64,000 nt of DNA from a virus (taxonomy: Duplodnaviria; Caudoviricetes). Every line of letters starts with the position of its first letter. Within the stretch, counting starts at the first letter, position 1. Positions 16,977 to 26,511 of this stretch are shown here, in pieces. Position numbers and translations under genes: made by a program. The stretch spans positions 1 to 64,000 of the IMG/VR virus record IMGVR_UViG_3300032335_000777. One strand, written 5' to 3'. The notes beneath the pieces were generated by a model that saw only the letters and a list, made by a program, of their open reading frames with translations, was not told where the DNA came from and searched no databases.

Positions 16977-19900
16977 ATGCCTAACAGCTACACCTACTTC
17001 AAACTACAAGTAAAAGAATGGTTTATTGACAACATTCCTACAAGTTTACGCATATTGGATGTGGGTCCTGGAAATGGAACTTACTCAGAGCTCATAAGAA
17101 ACTTAGGATACAGAATCGATGCTGTTGAGATATGGGCTCCTTATGTAGAACAGTTTAACTTACGACAGAAATATGACAATGTTTATGTGGGAGACATTTT
17201 AGAATTTGATGTTGAACCGTATGACTTTATTATTCTGGGAGATGTATTAGAGCACATCCACACAGATCAAGCCAAAGAGCTTCTTGAAAAGTTTAGCATC
17301 ATGAATAAGAAATTCATGGTTGCAGTGCCATACATGATGCCTCAAGATGGAGATGAGTATGGGAATACATACGAGACACATCATCAAGAAGATCTTACAC
17401 CAGATGTAATGCTAGAGAGGTATCCAAACTTGGAAAAGCTATATGACAATCAGTGGTATGGTTACTACGTAAATAAAAACAATGTTTGGGACAAGGCTTA
17501 CGTTCTGTATGCTACAGACAGCTATAAAGAAACTGTGCAAGCCTGTGTAGATTCTATTAGAGCATTTAGCAATTTGAATGTCATTGTCTACATGATGAAT
17601 TCAAATGCAAAGATTGATGGGGCTCTAACTTTACGATGGGATTGTAACATAAAAGAACTGGGTCAACAAAAATACATTGATAGATCTAGCTCAGATATTT
17701 ACAACATCCTTATACAGCGTCCACTAATTGTAAAGGATGCTTTGAAATATTCCAATGTTGTAGCTTATGTAGATAGTGATAGTGTTGCCACTAGATATGT
17801 TGATAATATATTTGACTATTTCCCAATCAAATCAACATATCCATACTTCACAGAAGGGATATACGATTGGATGATTATAAATGGAAGAGGTGCTACAGAG
17901 AGTAGAGAAGATCTTTCCACAACACTAGAGCATCCAGCATGTGAACTGTTTGGTGTAAATCAATACATTAGAAAAACTTACAGACAGACAGGATACTTTG
18001 TAGCTGGTAAATGGTGTCTTGAATTTTTAGATGAGTGGACTTGGATGTGTAATCATCCTAAAATTTTAAAAAATCCTCAATGGTATGCACCATATCATGA
18101 AGAAACTATAGCCAATGTACTGTTGTGGAAATGGAAAGCCTTCAAAGGACTTCCATACATGTACATCAATGGTTCTTTAGATGTAATAAACAACATTACA
18201 TTCGTTGGGACAAAGCAACATGTCAAACACTTTGTTGCTACACCTGCACATGAGGACCAATTATTCTTTTATCATGGGGAGAAGGATGCTAATGTAATGC
18301 GTCAAATGATACATTTTCAGAAGAAGCGTCCTAGAGTTTTGTTTGTAGCTCCTCACTTATCTACAGGAGGGATGCCTGCTTTCTTGTTGAGAAGAATTCA
18401 AGCTTTGCAAGCACATACAAACATAGACATCTATGTTGTAGAATATGCCAATCACAGCAATGACTACGTTGTTCAGAAAAATCAGATAAAGCAACTAGTG
18501 AAACACTTCTGGACGTTAGATGAGAACAAGATGGAGTTGATAGACATCATTAAGAATAACAGAATTGATGTTGTCCATGTAGAAGAAATGGTGGAGGATG
18601 GTTGGAACAACTGGCCAGAAGAACTAAGAGAATCTTTATATGCAGAGGATAGAAGTTGGAGAATGGTTGAGACATGTCACAACATCATATTCAAGCCAGA
18701 CATTGAAAAAAGATTTCATCCAGATGCTTATGCATTTTGTACCACTCATCACCTCAAGACATTTAAGAACATGCCTTCTACAAAGAAGGTGATTGAGTTT
18801 CCAATAGAGAAAAGAGAAAGTGAATCTGTTGATTTAGGAGAAGGTAAGCATGTACTGAACGTGGGACTATGGACTCCTGGTAAAAATCAAAAGGAGGCAG
18901 TGGAGCTAGCCAAACAAATGCCAGATGTAAACTTCCACTTTGTAGGAAATCAAGCTGGAAACTTCCAGGACTATTGGGAACCTATAATGAAAGATGTTCC
19001 TACAAATGTACACGTGTGGGGAGAAAGAAATGATGTAGGTGCGTTCATGCAAGCAGCTGACTTGTTCTTATTCAACAGCACATTTGAATGCAACCCATTA
19101 GTTATTAGAGAAGCTATAGGTTATGGACTTCCCATCATAGCTCGTAACCTCCCTCAGTATGGAGACATGTTCACTCCCTACATCACTGATTTAGATGTTT
19201 CTAGGCTAAAGCAACAGGTGTATGAGCAATTGGAAAATCCAAAGACATATACCATTCCCGAAAATCAAGAGTTTGAATTTGCCATTGCACATGTAGAACT
19301 ATACAAAGAAGCGTGTGAACAACCTACTCGTTCTAGTGAGGACATTTCAATTTCCCATTATTTCATCAATGAACCATTTCTTGAAATTAAAGGAAGATCA
19401 AAAAGTAAATTCACTATAAAGTACTATGATGAAGAAGGTGTTTGTCATTTCAACAGTGTAATAGGTGTACAAAACTGGGTGAGGCTCAACAGAAGATGGT
19501 ACACTAAATGGAACATTAAGATATGGAAAGACAATGATTTGTATTACAACTACACACTAGACTACACGGGAAAGCGTGTGTACATAGCTTTTGATAGTAA
19601 GTCTTTAGGAGATACAATAGCTTGGATGCCGTACGTACTTGAGTTCAAGAAGAAACACAACTGCGATGTTGTTGTGAGTACATTCAAAAACTTTTTATTC
19701 AAAGATGTCTATCCAGAGATTGAGTTTGTAGAACCAGGATCAGGTGTAGGTGACATACTTGGAATGTACACCGTAGGATGGTTTTACAATCCTGATAAAG
19801 AACCAGCTTTATGTAATACCATACCACTTCAAAAAGCTGCTACAAACATATTAGGTCTTGACTATCAAGAGATTAAACCAAGAATTGACTTTAAGCCTGG

Positions 19901-20396
19901 TGACAATTTGTACGGTAAATATGTTACAATAGCCACCAACTCTACAGCTGGTTGCAAGTTCTGGACTAAAGAAGGTTGGCAGTTAGTAATTAACTTTCTA
20001 AACGACAATGGATATAAAGTTATCAATGTGTCAAAGGAAAAGAATCCTTTTGATAACTGTGAACAAATAGACGATACGTCTATGGAAAACACTATGAATG
20101 TCATTCACCATAGCCATTTGTTCATAGGATTATCTAGCGGTCTTAGTTGGTTAGCTTGGGCATTGAATAAAAAGGTGGTGATGATATCAAACTTTACAGA
20201 ATCAGACCACGAATTCCAATGCATTAGAATTGACAAAAAGGATGTGTGTAATGGATGTTGGAACAAAGCTGAGAACAGATTTGATGCAGGAGATTGGGAC
20301 TGGTGTCCTTTACACAAAGGGACAGATAGACAGTTTGAGTGTCATCAGAAAATAGATGCTAGTCAGGTTATTTCTGCCGTCTTATACCATATTTAA
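16977..20396 (+). CDS. Four-domain glycan enzyme: SAM methyltransferase + GT-A + GT4 + Aah/TibC-type O-heptosyltransferase
   Basis: LDVGPGNG; YVDSD; PHLSTGGMP...KNQ...ECNPLVIREA; SLGDTIAW, GLSSGLSWLAW, CNGCW...CP...FEC iron-finger. Confidence 0.85.
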   Translation: MPNSYTYFKLQVKEWFIDNIPTSLRILDVGPGNGTYSELIRNLGYRIDAVEIWAPYVEQFNLRQKYDNVYVGDILEFDVEPYDFIILGDVLEHIHTDQAKELLEKFSIMNKKFMVAVPYMMPQDGDEYGNTYETHHQEDLTPDVMLERYPNLEKLYDNQWYGYYVNKNNVWDKAYVLYATDSYKETVQACVDSIRAFSNLNVIVYMMNSNAKIDGALTLRWDCNIKELGQQKYIDRSSSDIYNILIQRPLIVKDALKYSNVVAYVDSDSVATRYVDNIFDYFPIKSTYPYFTEGIYDWMIINGRGATESREDLSTTLEHPACELFGVNQYIRKTYRQTGYFVAGKWCLEFLDEWTWMCNHPKILKNPQWYAPYHEETIANVLLWKWKAFKGLPYMYINGSLDVINNITFVGTKQHVKHFVATPAHEDQLFFYHGEKDANVMRQMIHFQKKRPRVLFVAPHLSTGGMPAFLLRRIQALQAHTNIDIYVVEYANHSNDYVVQKNQIKQLVKHFWTLDENKMELIDIIKNNRIDVVHVEEMVEDGWNNWPEELRESLYAEDRSWRMVETCHNIIFKPDIEKRFHPDAYAFCTTHHLKTFKNMPSTKKVIEFPIEKRESESVDLGEGKHVLNVGLWTPGKNQKEAVELAKQMPDVNFHFVGNQAGNFQDYWEPIMKDVPTNVHVWGERNDVGAFMQAADLFLFNSTFECNPLVIREAIGYGLPIIARNLPQYGDMFTPYITDLDVSRLKQQVYEQLENPKTYTIPENQEFEFAIAHVELYKEACEQPTRSSEDISISHYFINEPFLEIKGRSKSKFTIKYYDEEGVCHFNSVIGVQNWVRLNRRWYTKWNIKIWKDNDLYYNYTLDYTGKRVYIAFDSKSLGDTIAWMPYVLEFKKKHNCDVVVSTFKNFLFKDVYPEIEFVEPGSGVGDILGMYTVGWFYNPDKEPALCNTIPLQKAATNILGLDYQEIKPRIDFKPGDNLYGKYVTIATNSTAGCKFWTKEGWQLVINFLNDNGYKVINVSKEKNPFDNCEQIDDTSMENTMNVIHHSHLFIGLSSGLSWLAWALNKKVVMISNFTESDHEFQCIRIDKKDVCNGCWNKAENRFDAGDWDWCPLHKGTDRQFECHQKIDASQVISAVLYHI

Positions 20397-20583
20397 TCCA
20401 TCTATACCATATACGCTCATGGATGTAATATTGTACAGGTTTCCATAAAAGCTCAGCTACACCAAATGCAGCTCCTGCTTTTATAGATCCTGTCACTACA
20501 AACATTGTCACCATACCAATGAGTGTACTAATTAGACGATAGCTGATAGTTTTAGCTATGTGTCTTTTTTTTTCTACAATCAT
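20368..20583 (-). CDS. DUF2061 membrane protein
   Basis: RHIAKTISYR...YYIHERIW. Confidence 0.8.
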   Translation of the reverse strand: MIVEKKRHIAKTISYRLISTLIGMVTMFVVTGSIKAGAAFGVAELLWKPVQYYIHERIWYRWIKYGIRRQK

Positions 20584-20966
20584 AGCTTACCCTCAGCCTT
20601 CATTTGCTCTCTAATCTTTGTAGCAGAAATGTAATGTATTTCTGTAGGAGGAACGTGTTCTATAACATCATATCCAACACCTCTACCAATGTTGATGGAT
20701 TCAATGTTAGGGATTTTAATTATTTGAAGTTTACCAGCCTGCACTAAGTCTTGTAGTTCTTTGCCAAGATTCATCAAGATTTCTTGAGCTGTCCAAGGAT
20801 TTCTTTCATCCACAGGGACATCACGAACACATAGTAATACCTTCTTTCCCTCATCGAGAGCTTGGTCAATCAACCATCTATGACCTTTGTGCCAAGGTTG
20901 CCATCTCCCAATGAACATTGCCCACTCTCCTGATTTGTGTTCAGCTTTTGCCAATACGTTTTGCAT
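20580..20966 (-). CDS. HxGH nucleotidyltransferase (cytidylyltransferase-like)
   Basis: IGRWQPWHKGH, NP, ISATKIR. Confidence 0.8.
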   Translation of the reverse strand: MQNVLAKAEHKSGEWAMFIGRWQPWHKGHRWLIDQALDEGKKVLLCVRDVPVDERNPWTAQEILMNLGKELQDLVQAGKLQIIKIPNIESINIGRGVGYDVIEHVPPTEIHYISATKIREQMKAEGKL

Positions 20967-21709
20967 AATAATAATCCTTCGTTTAGTGAATATTTAGGAG
21001 ACCATCTAGGCATCCAGTTTGTTTGATTGCTACATGTCTGCATCTGATAACCATCTGGTATTGCTGACTCATCATGGTAAATATATGGGATGCCCAACAC
21101 ATCTGCAACATGCTCAAATGTGTGTGCTATTCCAAGTCCTACATCATATTTGTTTCCAGTAAAGCTTTCATAGTTTACAAATGCGTGCAGGTTAGCTTCT
21201 ATTACATCCTCTACATATATGAAGTCACGCTTAGGATGGCCAGGAAAAAGTTTAGCATCACCCGCTTTGAACATCTGGTATGCCATAGATGCCATTCTAC
21301 CTTTGTGTTCTTCTCCAGGACCATAGACATTAAAGTATCTAAGAGCCACTCCACCATTGCTGATAACGTATTGCTCAGCTACATACTTACTCCATCCATA
21401 TAGATTAGATGGATGTACACCGTTCGTACCATACGAAGCTGCTGAAGATGAATATATGATGGACTTGTTGTTTGCCTTGCACCAATCAGTTAAAATCTTT
21501 GTAGACTCAAAATTAACTTTCATGATGTAGTTTACATTTGTCTCAAGAGTGTTAGAGCAAGCTCCTACATGGAATACAACATCTGGGTTTTTTTCATCTA
21601 ACCACTCAAGACTAACATGAAAATTTTCATTAAGTTCTAGTGGATTGCTAAAACATTTCTTCAACTGTCCAGCTATGAATCCATTGGTTCCTGTAATTAG
21701 CACTCTCAT
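20870..21709 (-). CDS. hldD: ADP-L-glycero-D-manno-heptose 6-epimerase-like SDR
   Basis: GTNGFI, HVGACSNT, SSAASYG, NLYGWSK, LRYFNVYGPGEEHKGRMAS, RDFIYVED. Confidence 0.85.
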   Translation of the reverse strand: MRVLITGTNGFIAGQLKKCFSNPLELNENFHVSLEWLDEKNPDVVFHVGACSNTLETNVNYIMKVNFESTKILTDWCKANNKSIIYSSSAASYGTNGVHPSNLYGWSKYVAEQYVISNGGVALRYFNVYGPGEEHKGRMASMAYQMFKAGDAKLFPGHPKRDFIYVEDVIEANLHAFVNYESFTGNKYDVGLGIAHTFEHVADVLGIPYIYHDESAIPDGYQMQTCSNQTNWMPRWSPKYSLNEGLLLCKTYWQKLNTNQESGQCSLGDGNLGTKVIDG

Positions 21710-22449
21710 GGTGTAGCTACTCCTCGTTTTGATACAACAATAGCACTCATCTGATTAGCAAATGTGATGGAGATGCTAGGGTCTTGTGTTTCTAAATACT
21801 TTGTTACAAATGCTGCTAAAAAAGTATCACCAGCTCCTGACACATCTATTGTTTCTTTTGGACTTGGGGAATGATATAAGTTGTTAATGTATCTAGCTCC
21901 ATTAGATCCAAGTGTAACTATTGTTTTACTCTTGAGCTGATCTAACGACTCTTTATTAGCTATGTATTCAGATTCATTAACCTTGATGAAATCAAACATG
22001 GACAGGTGTTCAACGTCTAGTTTTTTCTTAGTATCAATTATTGAAAACTTTGCAAGTTTTGATAGTTCAACTAAATCATCTTTAGCTAAGAATCCTTTGT
22101 TGTAGTCACTAATCACTAGAGCGTCAGCATCTTCTATGTCAGAGAGTAGTTCTTTTGATATGTGTATTCTAGTTAAGTGTATGTCATCATCCACTCTAAG
22201 GAATAAGTGATTAGTCTTCTTGTCCACATATCTAGTTTTAGTCATCTTCTCCTTGCTGTGGTAGAAAGATATTTTAAAACTGGGAATGATAGCATTGATG
22301 TTCGCAACAACATTACCAGCCATACCTTGGTTTTCTACAGTGTGTAAAGGATTGAATACAGGAACAGGGGCTTCTGGACTAAGCCTCTTGCACTCTCCAT
22401 ACACAAAAACATCATGGCAGAGTTCTCCTATCACTACTATCTTTTTCAT
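21706..22449 (-). CDS. hldA: Heptose-7-phosphate kinase (HldE kinase domain, PfkB family)
   Basis: RLSPEAPVP, GMAGNVVANI, KTR, LRVD, SDYNKG, DVSGAGDTF. Confidence 0.88.
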   Translation of the reverse strand: MKKIVVIGELCHDVFVYGECKRLSPEAPVPVFNPLHTVENQGMAGNVVANINAIIPSFKISFYHSKEKMTKTRYVDKKTNHLFLRVDDDIHLTRIHISKELLSDIEDADALVISDYNKGFLAKDDLVELSKLAKFSIIDTKKKLDVEHLSMFDFIKVNESEYIANKESLDQLKSKTIVTLGSNGARYINNLYHSPSPKETIDVSGAGDTFLAAFVTKYLETQDPSISITFANQMSAIVVSKRGVATP

Positions 22450-22825
22450 ATTCAAGGATTGATGTAGTTGAGACATTTGGTATTCTATCAAAGAAAGAAA
22501 CTTCCTTAACGTACTCAATGCCTATAATTCTTTTGTCTTTGTAGTCAGACCCTATAACCATTACATCTGGTTGGTATTCTTTTATTTGATTTATTAGTTC
22601 TTCTTCACTACCAAATCCTACAACATCATCTACAAATCTTAGTGATTTCAAGAACTCCATTCTATTTTTAAAACAATTAAAGGGTCTACTAGAACCCTTC
22701 AATTCTTTTATTCTATCATCTGTATCTATCCCCACTCTAACACTTCCTATTGTCGATGCATGCTTTAGAAGATTCAAATGACCAATGTGTAACACGTCAA
22801 AGGCTCCATTAACCCACACTCTCAT
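22412..22825 (-). CDS. hldC: Heptose-1-phosphate nucleotidyltransferase (HldE domain II)
   Basis: NGAFDVLHIGH, LKG..RP, GSDY, STT. Confidence 0.88.
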   Translation of the reverse strand: MRVWVNGAFDVLHIGHLNLLKHASTIGSVRVGIDTDDRIKELKGSSRPFNCFKNRMEFLKSLRFVDDVVGFGSEEELINQIKEYQPDVMVIGSDYKDKRIIGIEYVKEVSFFDRIPNVSTTSILEYEKDSSDRRTLP

Positions 22826-23124
22826 ACCTCTTCTATTCTTTTTGTCTTGTCACAAATCAAAAGATCATAGGAAGGCTTGTCATTCATTATAACATCTTCA
22901 TACTTACATCCCCAGCGCATGAGTTGTTCACGTGTTAGTTTTGTGTGGTCTGTGTTTGACTTCCTGCCACGTGCTGTCCAATAAATAATGCAATGGCCCT
23001 CGTCATAGAGCTTGTTCACTTTGTCAATGTTATCATACAGAGGAGTTGAGTTAATGTAGTCGCTACCATTTGTATGACAGATTGTTCCATCTATATCTAC
23101 ATATATTGTTAGTCTCCCTTCCAT
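22822..23124 (-). CDS. Small HAD phosphatase
   Basis: DIDGT, WTAR, KP..D...D motifs. Confidence 0.8.
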   Translation of the reverse strand: MEGRLTIYVDIDGTICHTNGSDYINSTPLYDNIDKVNKLYDEGHCIIYWTARGRKSNTDHTKLTREQLMRWGCKYEDVIMNDKPSYDLLICDKTKRIEEV

Positions 23125-23465
23125 ACTCTGTAGCTATCTGAGTCAAAATGTTCTGTGCTAACTTCGAATATCTCACCATCTTCTAGTGCTTCTAGTTGAT
23201 GTGGATGAAATGGCATAATGGTAATCACCTCACCCTTTTTCAAAAACTGTTTGTGTAAACTACCATTCTCAAGATCTATCCAGCTGTAAATAAAGTTACC
23301 ACTATTCACATACCAGGTTTCCTGTTTTTTCTTGTGATAATGCATGCTGAACTTCTTACCAGCATCAAACACTAACAGCTTACCACAATACAGAGATGAA
23401 TTATATATCCACAACTCATGTCCCCAGCCTTTCTCAACTCTTTTGATTTCTGACATAGTTATCAA
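23109..23465 (-). CDS. Cupin sugar-phosphate isomerase-like protein
   Basis: KGWG.E, SMHYH....ETW, H.L, EVST. Confidence 0.8.
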   Translation of the reverse strand: MITMSEIKRVEKGWGHELWIYNSSLYCGKLLVFDAGKKFSMHYHKKKQETWYVNSGNFIYSWIDLENGSLHKQFLKKGEVITIMPFHPHQLEALEDGEIFEVSTEHFDSDSYRVWKGD

Positions 23466-23865
23466 TTAGTTTAAGGCAATCATTTAAAGATGTAGCTGAT
23501 GTATTTATATGCAATATATTCTCATCTGTAGGAAGTTCAAAGTCTTGGACATGGAAATTTTCTCTACCCCTTTGATCTGTGTAAGTTAAATATACCCATG
23601 TTACATCCTTTGTAAGACTATTGAGATAGTCTCTAGCTTCTTTGTAAGGATAGACAAGAGATAGCGTTACGTCATCACCCTCAGTATTCATATAATGAGC
23701 AATGTCGCTAGCCCTGTTCAAGTTTCTAATACGTCCTTCTCTGCTGTAATCTTTGTTAGCAAATAGCTCTCTTAGCTTATCCCCATCAATGTTTCTGTAT
23801 GATAGAAACTCTTTTGCTATTGTTGTCTTACCACTATGTGGTTGTCCAAATAGTACAATTATCAT
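23434..23865 (-). CDS. cysC: Adenylyl-sulfate (APS) kinase
   Basis: GQPHSGKTT, IDGD.LR, DYSREGR..N, FELP. Confidence 0.8.
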   Translation of the reverse strand: MIIVLFGQPHSGKTTIAKEFLSYRNIDGDKLRELFANKDYSREGRIRNLNRASDIAHYMNTEGDDVTLSLVYPYKEARDYLNSLTKDVTWVYLTYTDQRGRENFHVQDFELPTDENILHINTSATSLNDCLKLIDNYVRNQKS

Positions 23866-24680
23866 TTGCTATATCTGAATTGATCGTAGAACCACTTGTA
23901 GTTGTTGTAAATCCAATCTGACACATCTTTACCTAGAAGATGTTTAGCTCTAGAAGGAACAGGCTCAAGTTTTTTTCTTATAACGTGATCTCCAAACTGA
24001 CCATACACTTCATCATCTTCTTTGGTGACTTGTTCAATATTGTCAAAGTCGTGCTTGTAATGTGGTATGTCAAGATATTGGTATATCTTCTTCATCTCTA
24101 GTTCAGGATAGAGACACAAGTCTTCGAACTTAACGAATAAAATTTTATCTGAATATCCAAGTCTGAATAACTCGCTAAGTCTTTCAATAGCCAAACCTAC
24201 AGGTTGAGACTGTGCCCAAATGTCTATACGTTTAGGAACTGTTGTTCCACTCATTTGTGCCCAGTTAAGAATAGGATTTGCTTTGTCAGGATTCTTTCTA
24301 TAGTTCTTCTCCATAGAAGAGAAGATGTCTCTAAGATCCCTAACCATGCATATAACCTTTGGTTCAGCTTGAATAAAGTTTAGGAAGTCATAATGTATTC
24401 CCCATCCACGTGACTTATCTATGACATACTTCTTATCTGTAATAGCATTGTAATACGCATCCATACCACCCTTACAAAAAGCTTGGAAGCCAGACTTCAT
24501 TAACTCTGGGTCCTGAGCTTTGAACTCAGGAGAGTCTGTGTAATTAGCTCTAGCTGCAAACACAAGCTCCAATACACCAGATGTAGGTGTAGCATATATG
24601 TCTGGATTTTGAGCAAATATATTTTGCAAAAGCGTAGACCCAGCTCTTGGTAAAGAGCTCTGATAAAATATTTTTTCCAT
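23862..24680 (-). CDS. PAPS-dependent sulfotransferase
   Basis: 5'-PSB LPRAGSTLL, DKSR, 3'-PB VRDLRDIFSS, FEDL. Confidence 0.85.
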   Translation of the reverse strand: MEKIFYQSSLPRAGSTLLQNIFAQNPDIYATPTSGVLELVFAARANYTDSPEFKAQDPELMKSGFQAFCKGGMDAYYNAITDKKYVIDKSRGWGIHYDFLNFIQAEPKVICMVRDLRDIFSSMEKNYRKNPDKANPILNWAQMSGTTVPKRIDIWAQSQPVGLAIERLSELFRLGYSDKILFVKFEDLCLYPELEMKKIYQYLDIPHYKHDFDNIEQVTKEDDEVYGQFGDHVIRKKLEPVPSRAKHLLGKDVSDWIYNNYKWFYDQFRYSK

Positions 24681-24681
24681 G

Positions 24682-25563
24682 TTAGTTTTGGTTTTTAATA
24701 GAAGCAATCACTTTATCTATATCAAAGATTTCAGACTCAGAGTTGTAAGGGAACTCTAGTAGATTTCCTGTGATGTCAAACTTTTGAATGTATGAATGTT
24801 TAAGTTCAGGTTTCTTAGTTAGTGGATTAGCCACAATGTTATCATGAACGTCATGACCAAATACTACAGGAGTGTTGGCTATCCATAGCACTGTAGAAGG
24901 CTTATTGAGAGCTGCTGCTGCATGGTGTCCAAAGCTATCCATTAATAGTCTCTTGTTGCTAAGCTCAATCAATACAGCCAGTGCTCTGAAGTTGTCAGAA
25001 ATAGTCAGAGTTCCTTCGTAACCAATCTGATCTTCTCTTCTCATGTGGACAATGTTGTATTGATTTTTAAATTCTTCAATGACAGATTGTACAACATTTG
25101 AAGGAATGTCTCTAGCCCAAGAATATTTAAGATCTTGTCCTTGTGCACCTCCGTTTGTTTGTAATAAAAGAATGGGTCTATCAGAATAAAACTTCTGAGA
25201 AAAGAATATGCGTTCCCTCTCTGTGATGTAAAGTTTTGGCAATATATCTTCAGGAGGATTGATGTCAAACATCTTTGCCCATGTCTGAACCAAGTGTTCA
25301 TTCTGCATTAGGTATTCTGTTTGCAGATATGGATCGTGTGCAAACACTTTAAAATCTTTACCCTCAATAAAATCTTGATAGAAATATTGAGCTTGTCCAA
25401 ATGCAAATGAGCGGTCTACAAAGGGGTTGTTTAAAAACACCTCTGGATAACCGCTCATTACAATTAATTGACTATTAGGATGTTGAGACTTGATAGCCTC
25501 ACATACAGGAGTGGCTAGTATGCACTTGCCTATCCCACCGTTAATTTGGAATATAATATTCAT
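24682..25563 (-). CDS. GT9 (heptosyltransferase-like) glycosyltransferase
   Basis: GGIG.I..TP, NNPFVD, DSFGHHAAAAL.KP. Confidence 0.75.
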   Translation of the reverse strand: MNIIFQINGGIGKCILATPVCEAIKSQHPNSQLIVMSGYPEVFLNNPFVDRSFAFGQAQYFYQDFIEGKDFKVFAHDPYLQTEYLMQNEHLVQTWAKMFDINPPEDILPKLYITERERIFFSQKFYSDRPILLLQTNGGAQGQDLKYSWARDIPSNVVQSVIEEFKNQYNIVHMRREDQIGYEGTLTISDNFRALAVLIELSNKRLLMDSFGHHAAAALNKPSTVLWIANTPVVFGHDVHDNIVANPLTKKPELKHSYIQKFDITGNLLEFPYNSESEIFDIDKVIASIKNQN

Positions 25564-25578
25564 AGTTTGAGGTTTTTA

Positions 25579-25610
25579 CAAATGTAAACCTCATCCATAG
25601 AATAACCAAA
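25579..25610 (-). promoter_or_regulatory. Bacteroidota housekeeping-type promoter of heptose/sulfation operon
   Basis: Minus strand TTTG-N20-TACATTTG, exact consensus, 15 nt upstream of GT9 ATG. Confidence 0.75.
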
Positions 25611-25614
25611 TTAA

Positions 25615-25974
25615 TTATTCCTCTTCTACAGACTCTGTAGTTGTGGTTGTTGTAGTAGTTGATGGGTTGTAAGAAAGCACCGCTGATGCCAAATCATCTA
25701 GCAGAGATTGATCTAAATCTGATACATTCACTCTGAAAGATTTTGCATTAGGTTCACTAGGTAACCAGTCAGAAAATAACTCATAAAAGTTATTTATTGC
25801 ATGGTAAGTTTTCTCACCCTGATAATCCGCAGGTTTGTTAGCCCACACATCATCTACGACTAATTGAGCTTCAGTTTCGACAGCCTGAAAAGGAGCCTGT
25901 ACGTTCTGTGTGTCAGAAATTACTTGTACTGTTCCGAAACCAAAAATGTGGATGGTATTCCAAAGATTTGCCAT
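25615..25974 (-). CDS. Hypothetical protein with C-terminal poly-Thr
   Basis: 119 aa ending STTTTTTTTESVEEE. Confidence 0.7.
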   Translation of the reverse strand: MANLWNTIHIFGFGTVQVISDTQNVQAPFQAVETEAQLVVDDVWANKPADYQGEKTYHAINNFYELFSDWLPSEPNAKSFRVNVSDLDQSLLDDLASAVLSYNPSTTTTTTTTESVEEE

Positions 25975-25997
25975 TTTAATTTATTTTAAGTTTTTAA

Positions 25998-26005
25998 CAA
26001 ATATA
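25998..26005 (-). promoter_or_regulatory. Bacteroidota -7 element
   Basis: TATATTTG on minus strand 23 nt before ATG 25974; no clear -33. Confidence 0.45.
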
Positions 26006-26034
26006 CATTTTTTATTAAAGTTATTACTGTGTTG

Positions 26035-26511
26035 CTAGAAAGGACATAATGCTTGTAAATAAAAAACTATACCATCATCATTAATCCCAATTGAGTAAAG
26101 AACATATGAAGGTTCCCAATAATTTGTGAGTATAAGGAAATATCCTAAATTCCCAAGAATGGTAACATTTTGTATTTGCGTGCCAATTCCTAAATTCCCA
26201 CTATATGTTACGTTTTGTACTACAGTAAAAGGAACAAAACAAGTATCACCAACTATATCTCGCTCTGCTGACAATCCCATAGTTCTAATACTAGCATCTA
26301 AATTAGATTTTACAACTAATTGATTAGAAGACTTGGCTGCATACGAAGCAAATGATGTATTTATATTTACATAAGTGTCAGCATCAGCTTTAGTAATCTG
26401 CTCTGTGCTTACTGGAATGGTAGTCTTAGCAACAAATACATTATTATTCACTGCATTCTGTAAATTGTTAAACGATATAGTCTGATTATTTGCTAAGCCT
26501 GCCCAACTCAT
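26035..26511 (-). CDS. Fibre-associated virion protein
   Basis: 158 aa, ATGA overlap with fibre gene. Confidence 0.55.
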   Translation of the reverse strand: MSWAGLANNQTISFNNLQNAVNNNVFVAKTTIPVSTEQITKADADTYVNINTSFASYAAKSSNQLVVKSNLDASIRTMGLSAERDIVGDTCFVPFTVVQNVTYSGNLGIGTQIQNVTILGNLGYFLILTNYWEPSYVLYSIGINDDGIVFYLQALCPF

